A stretch of 64,000 nt of DNA, from contig CAVVUN010000002.1 in the NCBI GenBank assembly GCA_963751455.1, forward strand, positions 611,505 to 675,504, in the 5' to 3' direction. The DNA is from Nitrospirota bacterium. GTDB taxonomy: Bacteria; Nitrospirota; UBA9217. The translations under genes were made by a program, and so were the position numbers. Every line of letters begins with the position of its first letter. The stretch's first letter is position 1. Shown here piece by piece: positions 45,130 through 55,189 of this stretch. The notes under the pieces were generated by a model. The model was given only the letters and a program-made list of their open reading frames with translations. It was not told where the DNA came from and searched no databases.

Positions 45130-47277
45130 TCATGATTCTTTGTTTTGCCGCATCGGGTAAAACCGTTTTCCGGTGCGAGCCCTCTCAACGAGCGATTGCG
45201 GCGGCGTAAAACGGTCTCCGTATCGCCGGACGTATCCTTCGAGTTTCTCTATTACGACGCTCAAACCGATTTTGTCCGCGTATCTTAAAAGGCCCCCGCG
45301 GAAGGGCGGGAACCCGATGCCAAAAATAAGAGCTGCATCGAGATGGTCCGGCCTGTCGATTATGTTCTCGTCAAGGCAGAGCGCGGCCTCTTTTATCATG
45401 AGCAGAACAGGCCTCTCCACGATTTCGTCGTCGCGGATTTTCTCTCTATTCCCCGAAGCAAGCCCTGTACGGACATAACTATATATAGAAGGATCCGGTC
45501 CGAACCGCTTTCTTCCCTGGTAGAGATAAAATCCTTTGCCGTTTTTTTTGCCGTAATATCCTTCTTTATATACTATATCAAGAAGAGCCGCCGGTTTCAG
45601 GCGCCCGCTTAATCCCTGGTGCACGATTCCCGAAACCTTATGAGCTATGTCGATACCGACTTCGTCGAGCAGGATGAACGCACCCATGGGCATCCCGAAC
45701 CGGAGGAGCGCCTGATCTATTTCGTTGATCCTTGCGCCCTGTTCCAGCATTGCGATTGCCTCGCCGAGGTACGGCATCAGAATCCTGTTCACGAGAAAGC
45801 CGGGACCGTCGTTGACGATTACGGGCAGCTTGCCGATGCGGCGGGAGAGTGTTGCAATGGCCGAAACCGCCTCGTCCGTTGTTTCTTTGCCCCTTACTAT
45901 TTCGATTAGAGGCATCTTTTCCACCGGGTTGAAGAAATGCATCCCGACTACCTTGCCCGGCCGCCTCGATCCCGCGGCCATTTCCGTAATCGACAGCGAG
46001 GAAGTGTTCGACGCATACAGGGAGTTTTCTTTTGCAACTGCCTCAAAATCGCGCAGTACCGCTTTTTTTACGTCCATTCTCTCCACCACTGCCTCAATGG
46101 CTGTGTCAACGTTCGCAAAGCCGGTGTAATCCGTATTGGACGTGATCCGGTCGTAGCCGTCCCGCGCCTGAATTGCGGTCAACACCCCTTTTTTTCGCCT
46201 CTTGTTGAAAATGTTCCACGCTTCACGGAGCCCGGATGCCACTGCACGGGTGTTAATGTCCTTCATCCGTACAGAGATCCCTTTTTCAGCGAGGAGCTGT
46301 GCTATGCCTCCGCCCATGACGCCCGCGCCGAGCACAGCCGCGGTCTTGATTTTCAGCGGAGACGGAAGAGCGTCTTTTTTGAGCATTTCGTTCAGATAGA
46401 ACACGGAAATCAGGTTTTTCGATACCTCTGTGGGCGCAAGCCTGCCGAGGAGCGCTGCCTCGTTCTTATACCCTTCATTTGCAGAATGCTCCATTCCGAA
46501 GCGCACGGATTCGAGCGCCGCAAGAGGAGCAGGGTAATTGCCGTAAGTTTCTTTCAAAATGTTCTTTTCGGCCATGTGATAGATGAAGCGCCTCGTGATT
46601 GGATTGCTTTCGATGAGCCTGACCGCAAGCGGCCGTTGTGCCCGGATTCCCCTGGGTTTCGGTCTGCCGATTGCCTTTTGGGCCTTTCCGACGGCACGCT
46701 GCAGGACGAACTCTTTCGGGACCACCTCGTCGGCCAGGCCTGTTTTCCTGGCTTTTTTCGGATACACTGATTTGCCGGTCAGGATCATACCAAGGCTGTT
46801 CGAGAGCCCGATGAGGCGCGGCAGACGCTGGGTGCCGCCGAAGCCGGGCATAATGCCGAGCTTTACCTCCGGAAGCGCGAGCGCGGTTCTCTGATCATTG
46901 CTGATGACACGGTAGTCGCAGGCAAGGGCCAGTTCCATGCCGCCGCCCATGCAGGGGCCGTGAATTGCCGCGACTGTGGGGAAGGGAAGGGCTTCGAGCT
47001 TGTTCAGAACGGTCTGGCCCCTGCGCGCAAGCAGTTCGCCGGTTTTGGCGTCCGTGATATCTCTTATTTCCGCTATATCGGCGCCGACGATAAAATTTTC
47101 ATTTTTTCCGCTCCGGAATACGAGCGCCTTGAGCTCTCTTTTCGCGGCGAGCTCGTCGAGGAGCGTGCTCAGCTCCTCCATGACCGGCGTTGTCAGCTTG
47201 TTCATCTTTTCATGGGGAAGGTCGAAGGTGACGATTGCGATGCCGTCTTTGGTTATTTCATAGCTGAAAGCGGACAT
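45130..47277 (-). CDS. fadJ: Fatty acid oxidation complex alpha subunit
   Basis: FIVGADI, GGGMELALAC, PEVKLG..PGFGG, GAGVMGGGIA, ASNTSSL, GMHFFNP, GFLVNR. Confidence 0.93.
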   Translation of the reverse strand: MSAFSYEITKDGIAIVTFDLPHEKMNKLTTPVMEELSTLLDELAAKRELKALVFRSGKNENFIVGADIAEIRDITDAKTGELLARRGQTVLNKLEALPFPTVAAIHGPCMGGGMELALACDYRVISNDQRTALALPEVKLGIMPGFGGTQRLPRLIGLSNSLGMILTGKSVYPKKARKTGLADEVVPKEFVLQRAVGKAQKAIGRPKPRGIRAQRPLAVRLIESNPITRRFIYHMAEKNILKETYGNYPAPLAALESVRFGMEHSANEGYKNEAALLGRLAPTEVSKNLISVFYLNEMLKKDALPSPLKIKTAAVLGAGVMGGGIAQLLAEKGISVRMKDINTRAVASGLREAWNIFNKRRKKGVLTAIQARDGYDRITSNTDYTGFANVDTAIEAVVERMDVKKAVLRDFEAVAKENSLYASNTSSLSITEMAAGSRRPGKVVGMHFFNPVEKMPLIEIVRGKETTDEAVSAIATLSRRIGKLPVIVNDGPGFLVNRILMPYLGEAIAMLEQGARINEIDQALLRFGMPMGAFILLDEVGIDIAHKVSGIVHQGLSGRLKPAALLDIVYKEGYYGKKNGKGFYLYQGRKRFGPDPSIYSYVRTGLASGNREKIRDDEIVERPVLLMIKEAALCLDENIIDRPDHLDAALIFGIGFPPFRGGLLRYADKIGLSVVIEKLEGYVRRYGDRFTPPQSLVERARTGKRFYPMRQNKES

Positions 47278-47383
47278 GGGAACCTCATTGAAAACCAGCA
47301 TAGCGCATAGGGCATAGCGCATGGGCAAACCATAGAGCAAAGGGAACGATTCGCTATGCGCTCTGCGCCATGCGCTTTGCCGG

Positions 47384-48667
47384 TTACTTCCGCTCCACGA
47401 TCACGGCTCCGCCCTGGCCGCCGCCGATGCAGATGGTGGCCAAACCTGTGGAAAGGCCGCGCCGCTCCATCTCCTTGAGAAGGGTGATGACGATCCTGAG
47501 GCCCGAGGAGCCTACCGGGTGCCCGACGGCTATGGCTCCGCCGTTTACGTTCATGATGTCCCTTCGGAATTCACCGATCGGCTGCTCGCCCGGCAAATGC
47601 CCGGCAAAGTATTCTTTCGATGTGGCCGCCCGCTCCACCGCGATGATCTGGGCGGCAAACGCCTCATTCAGCTCTATCAGCTCGATGTCCTTCATTGTCA
47701 TGCCCGTCATTTTCAGAATTTTGTGCACGGCATAGAGAGGACTGATTCCCATCCGGGCCGGCTCGTAACCGGCAAAGGTGATGGCCTTGATCGTTCCAAG
47801 CGGCTTGAGTCCCTCAGCTTTTGCTTTTTCCGCGCTCATGATAATTGCCGCGGCCGCGCCGTCCGTAATCGGCGACGAGTTTCCGGCTGTCACTGTGCCG
47901 TAGCGCCTGTCGAAATACGGCGGCAATTTTGCCAGGGCTTCCATTGTCTGGTTCTTACGGGGACCGAGATCCTCTTCGACAGGATCGAATTTGGGCGGAG
48001 GGTAATAGGGGACCACTTCGTTCCTGAACTTACCGGCTTCGTTTGCCGCGGTCCACCGTTGATGGCTTGCGAGCGCATACTCGTCCTGCTCGCGGCGGGT
48101 GATTCCGAAGTCCCTGACGAGCACTTCCGCGGTCTCGCCCATGACCAGGCCGGAAACAGGGTCGGTGAGGCCTTGCATCAGGCCGCTGACCGGCACGAGA
48201 TCTTTCAACCGGAGCGAGGCGATCGCGGCTATTTTCGCGCTTATTTTTTTTGCTCGCTGCACGGTCGTGATGGTGTCGCGCAGCTTCGTTGTTATGGAGA
48301 AAGAATACCCGGACATGGATTCGACGCCAGCCACGAGCACCAGATTGCTCATGCCCGCAAGAATCTGAGCGTAAGCGCTCGCTGTTGCCTGCATGCCCGA
48401 CGCGCAATTGCGCTGAACGCTGTATGCCGGGACGCGCTCGGGAATGCCGGCGCGGAGTGCGATCACCCTGGCAATATTGGCAGCGTCGGCCGGCATGCCT
48501 GCGTTGCCGATGATCACCTCGTCGATAGCGTCCCTGTAAACCCCGGTCCTGGCGAGCACTTCTTTGACAATGGCTGCGCCGAGATCAGCCGCGTGGACGT
48601 CTTTGAATAGCGTACCGGCTTTTACATACGGCGTTCGAAACCCGTCTATGATGACGACTTCTTTCAT
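47384..48667 (-). CDS. fadI: Acetyl-CoA acyltransferase (thiolase)
   Basis: NCASG, NEAFA, NGGAIAVGHP, CIGGGQG. Confidence 0.92.
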   Translation of the reverse strand: MKEVVIIDGFRTPYVKAGTLFKDVHAADLGAAIVKEVLARTGVYRDAIDEVIIGNAGMPADAANIARVIALRAGIPERVPAYSVQRNCASGMQATASAYAQILAGMSNLVLVAGVESMSGYSFSITTKLRDTITTVQRAKKISAKIAAIASLRLKDLVPVSGLMQGLTDPVSGLVMGETAEVLVRDFGITRREQDEYALASHQRWTAANEAGKFRNEVVPYYPPPKFDPVEEDLGPRKNQTMEALAKLPPYFDRRYGTVTAGNSSPITDGAAAAIIMSAEKAKAEGLKPLGTIKAITFAGYEPARMGISPLYAVHKILKMTGMTMKDIELIELNEAFAAQIIAVERAATSKEYFAGHLPGEQPIGEFRRDIMNVNGGAIAVGHPVGSSGLRIVITLLKEMERRGLSTGLATICIGGGQGGAVIVERK

Positions 48668-48836
48668 CTGAACCTCTCCCTTGGAACGCAGATAAACGCG
48701 GATGAACGCAGAAAAAAAATTACTAAAAGAAGTTACCTTACAAGTGCCCCACAAAGAAAGCGGGCTTTAAAACTAATTCTTAATCTTTTTGCTTTCTTCG
48801 TGAAATCTGCGTACGAGTGGAGCCCCTTCCGGCTAG

Positions 48837-49040
48837 TGTAGTGTCTCTTAAATGGACGGTGTTATGATGATTTCATCGAAAACTTATCTTTGCATAAATA
48901 TTTGCTGATGAATTTGCAGGGCGACCCTTTAGGGTTGCTGCTGTTCCGGCGCTTTCAGCAAGGCTAAAGCCTTGCCCTACAAGTTTGGCTGCGGCCTACT
49001 GCCGCGCTATGATAACACCAGTCGTTTGTGAGACACTACA
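48837..49040. mobile_element. TGTAGTGTCTC MITE, copy 3
   Basis: Perfect TIR; CTAG on both sides; a few substitutions versus copy 2. Confidence 0.92.
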
Positions 49041-49549
49041 CTAGGCGCTTACGCCTATAACATCGACAAAAGATTGTCGATCTTTAAAAAGAATTTAATG
49101 CAAAAACAGGATTATATTGCGCTCGCAAAGGAAGGCCAAATCGCCGGGTTTAAAACCAGACTTAAAGCTACTTTACGAACCAACATCTTGAGTTTTTAGT
49201 CGAGTCAAAACCAAAACCCAATTTTCACACAAAGCCATGAAGCCACAAAGAAGAAAACTGAATTTTTTGTCTTTCGATTTTTTTGTCTTTCTCCGTGTCT
49301 TAGTGGCTTCGTGTGAGATCGTTTTAAGGTTTTACTTTTGCTTTATTGGTCTGAGGCGTAACCTCATAAAAGTTTTCTTTGCGTTCTTTGCGGCTTTGCG
49401 AGAGACGCCTTTGACTTTTTGTTGTTATTTCTGTCCCGAAGGGACCATGTCTGCCGGGCGAAGTCCCGGCCGACACGTAGGGACTTATCCCGTCGATTGC
49501 CGTAAATAATCTGCGTATATCTGCGCAAATCTGCGGCTAAAATGGATTT

Positions 49550-51247
49550 TCACGCTTTCTGCATCTTCTTCAGTTCTTCGTCCCGCAACAGTCTTCTGAG
49601 CACCTTGCCTACCAGCGTCTTCGGCAGTTCCTTCCGGAACTCGACTTTTTTGGGCACTTTGAACTTCGAAAGCTGGCCGCGGCAGAATTGGATGAGCTCT
49701 TCGGCTGTTCCGGTTTCATTGTCCTTGAGCACGATATACGCCTTGATCTCCTCGCCCATGAAGTCCTGCGGAATCCCGACAATAACGGCTTCCTTCACCT
49801 TCGGGTGGCTGAAAAGCACCTCTTCAACCTCGCGGGGATAAACGTTCTCTCCGACCGTCTTGATCATGTCCTTGATCCGGTCGACTATGAAAAAGTAACC
49901 GTCTTCATCCCTTTTTGCTATGTCCCCGGTATGGAGCCAGCCGTCCCGGAGCGCATGGGCGGTCTCCTCGGGTTTGTTCCAGTACCCTTTCATGACCTGG
50001 GGACCCTTGACCACCAGTTCTCCTGTCTCTCCCACGGGCATGGTCTTTTTCCCGGTCTCTATATCCACAATTTTCGCTTCCACATCGGGCCAGGGCAGCC
50101 CTATGCTCCCGATCTTGCGGTTGCCGAAGATCGGGTTTGCATGGGTAACCGGCGACGCCTCGGACAAGCCGTATCCTTCGACGATCCTGGCGTGGGTCAA
50201 GTGCTCGAACCGCTCCTGCACCTCGTGCATGAGCGGGCCCGCCCCGCTGATGGCGACTTTTATGGAGCTCAGGTCGTAATTGCTGACCTGCGGAAAGTTG
50301 CCTATGGCAAGATACATTGCCTGAATGCCGGGGAAGATCATCGGGCGATACGTATCGATGAATTCAAGCACCTGCTTGGTATGGAATTTCGGCAGCAGGA
50401 TCAGTTCCGCGCCAATGAGGATTCCGAGGTTCATTGCGATAGTCATGCCATATACATGGAAGAAGGGAATAACCGCAAGGAACTTCGACACTCCTTCTTC
50501 ATGCAGATTGAGCCACGCCCTGCTTTGTACGGCGTTTACGACAAGATTCCGGTGAGTAAGGACCGCGCCTTTGGGAATGCCGGTGGTGCCGCCGGTATAC
50601 TGGAAAAGGGCGATGTCTTCAGGGGAAACAGGCACATCCACCGGGGCTTCGGACTCGTGTCTCATGATATCGACAAAATCGTAGAGAGGAGGCACCCGCT
50701 TCACACTGATCCACTGTTTTTCAAGTCTTGCCTTCACCGGGTAGAGCAGGTTCTTCGGAAAGGGAAGAAAGTCCCGGATGCCGCACAGGATCGTGCGTTT
50801 GACGGCTGTCCGGGCAAGGACGCGTGAAATCACCGGATGGAACATATCGACCGCCACAAGGGTTTCGGCGCCGCTGTCCTTGAGCTGGACTTCTAGTTCA
50901 TGGTCCTGGTACAGCGGGTTTGTCGACACGACTATGGCGCCCGCCCGAAGCGTTCCGTAGTAGGCTATGACCATTTGCGGGATGTTCGGAAGCATCAGCG
51001 CCACACGATCACCCTTTTTCACGCCAAGACCGGCAAGCGCCCGGGCAAATCTATTGGCCAAATGATCGAGTTCGTGGTATTTAATTTTCTTTCCGTAGAA
51101 AAGGATAGCGGTATGCTCGGGGAACTTCTTTGCGGTCTCGGACAGCATTTCGCCCAGGGTCACTGCGGGGTAGTCAAGGGCGGCGGGTATTCCCGCCTCA
51201 TAGAATCTGGTCCAGGGATGTTCGGTTTGGGTCGTGAGAGCGCTCAT
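49550..51247 (-). CDS. fadD: Long-chain fatty acid-CoA ligase
   Basis: QYTGGTTGIPKG, EGYGLSE, GWLHTGD, LPKTLVGK. Confidence 0.95.
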   Translation of the reverse strand: MSALTTQTEHPWTRFYEAGIPAALDYPAVTLGEMLSETAKKFPEHTAILFYGKKIKYHELDHLANRFARALAGLGVKKGDRVALMLPNIPQMVIAYYGTLRAGAIVVSTNPLYQDHELEVQLKDSGAETLVAVDMFHPVISRVLARTAVKRTILCGIRDFLPFPKNLLYPVKARLEKQWISVKRVPPLYDFVDIMRHESEAPVDVPVSPEDIALFQYTGGTTGIPKGAVLTHRNLVVNAVQSRAWLNLHEEGVSKFLAVIPFFHVYGMTIAMNLGILIGAELILLPKFHTKQVLEFIDTYRPMIFPGIQAMYLAIGNFPQVSNYDLSSIKVAISGAGPLMHEVQERFEHLTHARIVEGYGLSEASPVTHANPIFGNRKIGSIGLPWPDVEAKIVDIETGKKTMPVGETGELVVKGPQVMKGYWNKPEETAHALRDGWLHTGDIAKRDEDGYFFIVDRIKDMIKTVGENVYPREVEEVLFSHPKVKEAVIVGIPQDFMGEEIKAYIVLKDNETGTAEELIQFCRGQLSKFKVPKKVEFRKELPKTLVGKVLRRLLRDEELKKMQKA

Positions 51248-51400
51248 TCGACACCTCCTTGCTCAACTTATCAATACGCGGCACCTCCGGCTTTTTCGCA
51301 AATAGCGGAAATATTTCAGATTGATTTTATCCGAATATTTTCGTCAATTAGATTATAGCACAGGTCTGCTACATTGGTATTGCACGGTGTCGAATGTTAA

Positions 51401-51534
51401 CGGGCTGTTGCCCAAACCCCCGTTCACCCTTCGACAGGCTCAGGGCGAACGGTGTAGCCATTGACTAGTACAAATAAATTTTTCCGTTCGTGCTGAGCCT
51501 GTCGAAGCACAAAATCGGTTTGGGCAACAGCTCG
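51401..51534. mobile_element. MITE with CGRGCTGTTGCCCAAACC TIRs and TTAA TSD
   Basis: TIR matches at 17 of 18; TTAA on both sides, the right copy containing the rhlB stop; encloses a CTTCGACAGGCTCAG / CTGAGCCTGTCGAAG pair. Confidence 0.88.
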
Positions 51535-52785
51535 TTAATGTTTTGCGCGTGAATGAACGTGGCGCTTCTGGGGAGTGTGAAGGCGGGTTGCGAGGCGCTC
51601 CTTATCGCTTCTTTGTTTTTCCTCGGCTGTTCTGCGGATTTCCCTGACGTACATGTTGTCCTCGGCCCATGCTACCGGGATCTTCTGGCCTATGAATTTC
51701 TCAATGTCCTCAAGCGAATAGACGTATTCCTCATCAGCAAGCGAAACAGCCTTGCCCGTTGCGCCGGCGCGCCCGGTCCGGCCGATCCTGTGCACGTAGT
51801 CCTCGGAGTCCTGGGGCAGATCGAAATTTATGACATGCGAAACGCCTTCGACGTGAATGCCGCGGCTTGCGACATCGGTGGCCACCATGATCGGGATTTT
51901 GCCTTGTTTGAACTCCTCGAGGATCCGCAGCCGCTTCTTCTGGATGATATCACCGGTTATCGCTTCCACCTTCCGGCCGTTGCGCTTCAGACGCTCAACG
52001 ACCATCTCGGCAGCCCGCCGCGTATTAACGAAGATGAGTGTGCGCTCGGGCGCTTCCTGTTCCAGGATGCCGAGCAGAAGAGAAAGCTTTTCGTGTTTCC
52101 CGACATGGTACAGCACCTGCTCGACCTGCTCGACCGTCAGCTTCTCCGGCGTGATGGAAATTTTTTCAGGCAGGTTCATGTGCTCGTAGGCGAGCTCCAT
52201 GACGCGGTACGACAGCGTCGCCGAGAAGAGCATGGATTGCCGCTTTGTAAAGGGGGGCATCTTTTTGATGAGGTATCGGAGATCGTCGATGAAACCCATG
52301 TCGAACATCCGGTCTGCCTCGTCTATGATGAGATACTTTGTCTTCTTGAGGGTATACACGCGCTGCTTGTAATAGTCGATCAGCCTGCCCGGCGTGCCGA
52401 TCAGAACATCGACGCCCTTTTGAAGCGTATCCATCTGTTTATGGTAATCGACCCCGCCGTAAACGGCCAGAAAACGGAAACCCGTATATTGGCCGAGCCG
52501 AAGTGCTTCATGGTAGATCTGGTCTGCCAGTTCCCGGGTAGGGGCAATGATGAGCGCCTGCGGGGATTCGCTGCAGTCTTGTACGGGGTTCCTGATCATG
52601 CGCGTAAGCAGAGAGATAAGGAAAGCCGCGGTCTTTCCGGTGCCGGTCTGAGCCTGCGCCGCGATATCTTCACCGCGGATAGATCGCGGGATTACTGCCT
52701 CCTGTACCGGAGTGGCGATGAGAAATCCGACATCATCGATTCCACGTTGTACTTCAGCAGGCAAATTCAATTCAGTAAAGTTCAT
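51535..52785 (-). CDS. rhlB: DEAD-box RNA helicase (RhlB-like)
   Basis: AQTGTGKT, PTRELA, TPGRLID, DEAD, SAT, HRIGRTGR. Confidence 0.9.
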   Translation of the reverse strand: MNFTELNLPAEVQRGIDDVGFLIATPVQEAVIPRSIRGEDIAAQAQTGTGKTAAFLISLLTRMIRNPVQDCSESPQALIIAPTRELADQIYHEALRLGQYTGFRFLAVYGGVDYHKQMDTLQKGVDVLIGTPGRLIDYYKQRVYTLKKTKYLIIDEADRMFDMGFIDDLRYLIKKMPPFTKRQSMLFSATLSYRVMELAYEHMNLPEKISITPEKLTVEQVEQVLYHVGKHEKLSLLLGILEQEAPERTLIFVNTRRAAEMVVERLKRNGRKVEAITGDIIQKKRLRILEEFKQGKIPIMVATDVASRGIHVEGVSHVINFDLPQDSEDYVHRIGRTGRAGATGKAVSLADEEYVYSLEDIEKFIGQKIPVAWAEDNMYVREIRRTAEEKQRSDKERLATRLHTPQKRHVHSRAKH

Positions 52786-53269
52786 ACCTCTCCGTGCGCC
52801 GTTATATTATTGAAGACTTTATGTCAACATAAAAGTTCCGACAATATAATACCATAACTTGCGATTTGAGAGAAGCATAAAGTTCGGAAGACTTATGGCC
52901 GCGTTATTAGATGCCCGGTATTGATCATTTCGTACCACATTGCTTCGGCTTGATGGCGGTGTGTTTCGAAAAAGCAATTTCAACTATTCGGGAAAGCAAT
53001 TGCCGCACGCGGAGAAAAAACACGCAACGCAGAAAATAATCGGCTTGTTTGCTGGAGTATTCTCTTGAAAATAAAAATATCGTCAGCGGGTCAATGTTAA
53101 TACGAATATTTTATTCCGGAAATGATATTTAACCCGCGCGACGGCAGCTGCAAGAAAAAATTGGGAAAATGTGCTTTTTACCATTAAATTTGTGACAAAA
53201 ATATTTTGTACCATTTTTGCTGTTGATAAATTGTCTAAGTCTCGGAAATATAATTTCTTATATTTTCTT

Positions 53270-53307
53270 GTTGACAAAACGTACACTATTGTTGTATATT
53301 TGTCTAC
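53270..53307 (+). promoter_or_regulatory. sigma70-like promoter overlapped by an inverted repeat
   Basis: TTGACA-18-TATATT; imperfect inverted repeat GTTGACAAAACGTACA / TGTATATTTGTCTAC. Confidence 0.6.
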
Positions 53308-53314
53308 GAGGTGA

Positions 53315-53887
53315 ATGATTGTGCTGACAAAACTCTTCTCTTCAACAAGAGCGGAGCTTTTGGGCCTGTTCTTTAATAATCCGGATGACAAGTTCTATTT
53401 AAGAGAAATCGCACGGCACATCGGCAAGGATGCTGCCGGAATCAAGCGAGAGCTTGATAACCTGGTTAAGATGGGACTGCTGGCCAGGGAGAAGAGGGGA
53501 GTCCAGAAATATTATTTCGTAAATAAGAACTCCCCGATCTATCCCGAGATGAAAGGCCTGATATTCAAAACCACGGGAGTGCAGGGATCCATGAAAGCGT
53601 CCCTGTCCAGGCTCAAAGGAGTTCGCACCGCGTTCCTCTATGGTTCTTATGCGAAAGGCTCTGAAAAAGAGGACAGCAATATCAATCTCATGGTTATAGG
53701 CCAGGCGAACATTACGGAATTAAACGATATGGTAATGATCCTGGAAGAAAAACTGCAGCGTGAGATCGATTATCTGGTCTTTGACGAACAGGAATACCGA
53801 AAGCGAAAAGAATCGAAGGATCCGTTCGTCCGGGAAATTTTGAAAGGCAAGAAAATTTTTCTCGTAGGTAAGGAAGATGAATTATAA
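53315..53887 (+). CDS. Winged-HTH plus nucleotidyltransferase-fold protein, catalytic Asp replaced by Asn
   Basis: LFSS.RA.LL..F...YLREIAR...REL.NL...GLL; LYGSYAKG....SNINL where SDIDL is expected. Confidence 0.85.
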   Translation: MIVLTKLFSSTRAELLGLFFNNPDDKFYLREIARHIGKDAAGIKRELDNLVKMGLLAREKRGVQKYYFVNKNSPIYPEMKGLIFKTTGVQGSMKASLSRLKGVRTAFLYGSYAKGSEKEDSNINLMVIGQANITELNDMVMILEEKLQREIDYLVFDEQEYRKRKESKDPFVREILKGKKIFLVGKEDEL

Positions 53888-54362
53888 CGCGCTCAAAGAC
53901 ATGGGGATAGTTGAAGAGCGGACTGCCGAGATCGCCGAGGTGATCGCCCTTGTAACCAGGGCAGAGCGGGATCTTGCGACGAGTAAATTTTTGCAGGAAA
54001 AGGACGAAGAATGGGCGTTTGCCGCGGCGTACCAGGCAATGGCGCGCTCCGCACGGGCGCTTATTCTGTCCGAAGGCTTCAGGCCAAAAGGCGTCCGCAG
54101 CAGGGACACGCATAAGACGGTCGTAACGGCATCGGGGATGCTTCTCGGCGAGCAGCATAAGAGCATGAACAACAAATTCGACCGTATGCGGAGAAAATAT
54201 CAAAGCTTCATGGAAGAAGCAGGCCGTATCATCTCCCGGTACGAGGCGGGGCAGGCTATAAAAGACGCCGAAGAATTCCTGTCCATCGTAAACGGCAGAA
54301 TACGGGAAAAATACTCGCAGATGTCACTGCTGAATGATGTTCCTCAGCTCGTTTCAAGATAA
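53877..54362 (+). CDS. HEPN-domain protein with a degenerate RNase motif
   Basis: AERDLA.....WAF..AYQAM...RAL....GFRP....H; FDRMRRKYQSFM lacks R-X4-H; overlaps the upstream gene. Confidence 0.8.
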   Translation: MNYNALKDMGIVEERTAEIAEVIALVTRAERDLATSKFLQEKDEEWAFAAAYQAMARSARALILSEGFRPKGVRSRDTHKTVVTASGMLLGEQHKSMNNKFDRMRRKYQSFMEEAGRIISRYEAGQAIKDAEEFLSIVNGRIREKYSQMSLLNDVPQLVSR

Positions 54363-54409
54363 GGCCGCTTAAGTCCGAACGCGGTATTCCGAAAGGGGGT
54401 GGAGCGATA

Positions 54410-54472
54410 ATGGCAGCCAAGAAGAAAGCGAAGAAGAAAGCGACCAAGAAGAAAGCCACCAAAAAGAAGTAG
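54410..54472 (+). CDS. 20-aa Lys/Ala-rich micropeptide MAAKKKAKKKATKKKATKKK
   Basis: AAAGGGGGTG RBS, ATG...TAG; GC-rich hairpins follow at 54481-54524. Confidence 0.65.
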   Translation: MAAKKKAKKKATKKKATKKK

Positions 54473-54625
54473 TTTTTATACCATTCCCCGGGATGGGGCA
54501 CGCCGGGGGGCAACCCCCCCGGCGAATTTATAAAAGCGGTATTGATCGATACAGGATTGTTCATGCGGCTTCATATGTTTGATGCTATCTAACCTACTTA
54601 TTGATGAAAGGGGGTGAAGATTATT

Positions 54626-54682
54626 ATGGCGACGAAGAAAGCCCCGGCAAAAAAAGCGAAGAAGACCACGAAAAAGAAATAA
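54626..54682 (+). CDS. 18-aa Lys/Ala-rich micropeptide MATKKAPAKKAKKTTKKK
   Basis: Same AAAGGGGGTG RBS; ATG...TAATAA. Confidence 0.65.
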   Translation: MATKKAPAKKAKKTTKKK

Positions 54683-54796
54683 TAACTCGACCACGGATTA
54701 GAAAGCAGCTGCGGTAACTATGAATTCTTACCACGAAGAAGGTCTTCGTGGTTTTGTTTTTCAGGCCCGGCGAGCGGTAAGATTCCAGGGAATACC

Positions 54797-55123
54797 ATGC
54801 GCAAGCGGAATTATGTGAAAAGCAGATCCAATGCAAATACTGCCCGCGGGAAGAAGCTGGTTTTCGCTGCCGGTATTCTTCTCGCGCTTTACCTGCTCGC
54901 AACATTCATTTTCGGCGAGATGGGGCTTGTCAAATATTACCGGATGAAGGCGCAGTCTGATCGACTGTCCGGTGAGATTGCGAAGCTGAAGCAGGATAAT
55001 GCAAAACTTGTTGGAGACGTTCACTCTCTCAGAACGGATCCCGCCCATCTTGAAAGAATCGCGCGCGACAAACTGGGCCTTGCGCGGCCCGGTGAGATAG
55101 TGTACTATTATAACGAACCGTAA
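54797..55123 (+). CDS. ftsB: Septum formation initiator (FtsB/DivIC)
   Basis: One TM helix, FGEMGL, coiled coil, LERIARDKLGLARPGE. Confidence 0.88.
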   Translation: MRKRNYVKSRSNANTARGKKLVFAAGILLALYLLATFIFGEMGLVKYYRMKAQSDRLSGEIAKLKQDNAKLVGDVHSLRTDPAHLERIARDKLGLARPGEIVYYYNEP

Positions 55124-55189
55124 ATTTATTCATCATCCCTTTGACTTAAACGGAAGACGCTCCGACCAGTTCAGCCGCACTGATATTCC

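Noticed and set aside
13917-49040. Dispersed and periodic repeats as a CRISPR array
   Set aside because: No regular repeat-spacer period and no cas genes; TIRs and TSDs indicate MITEs.
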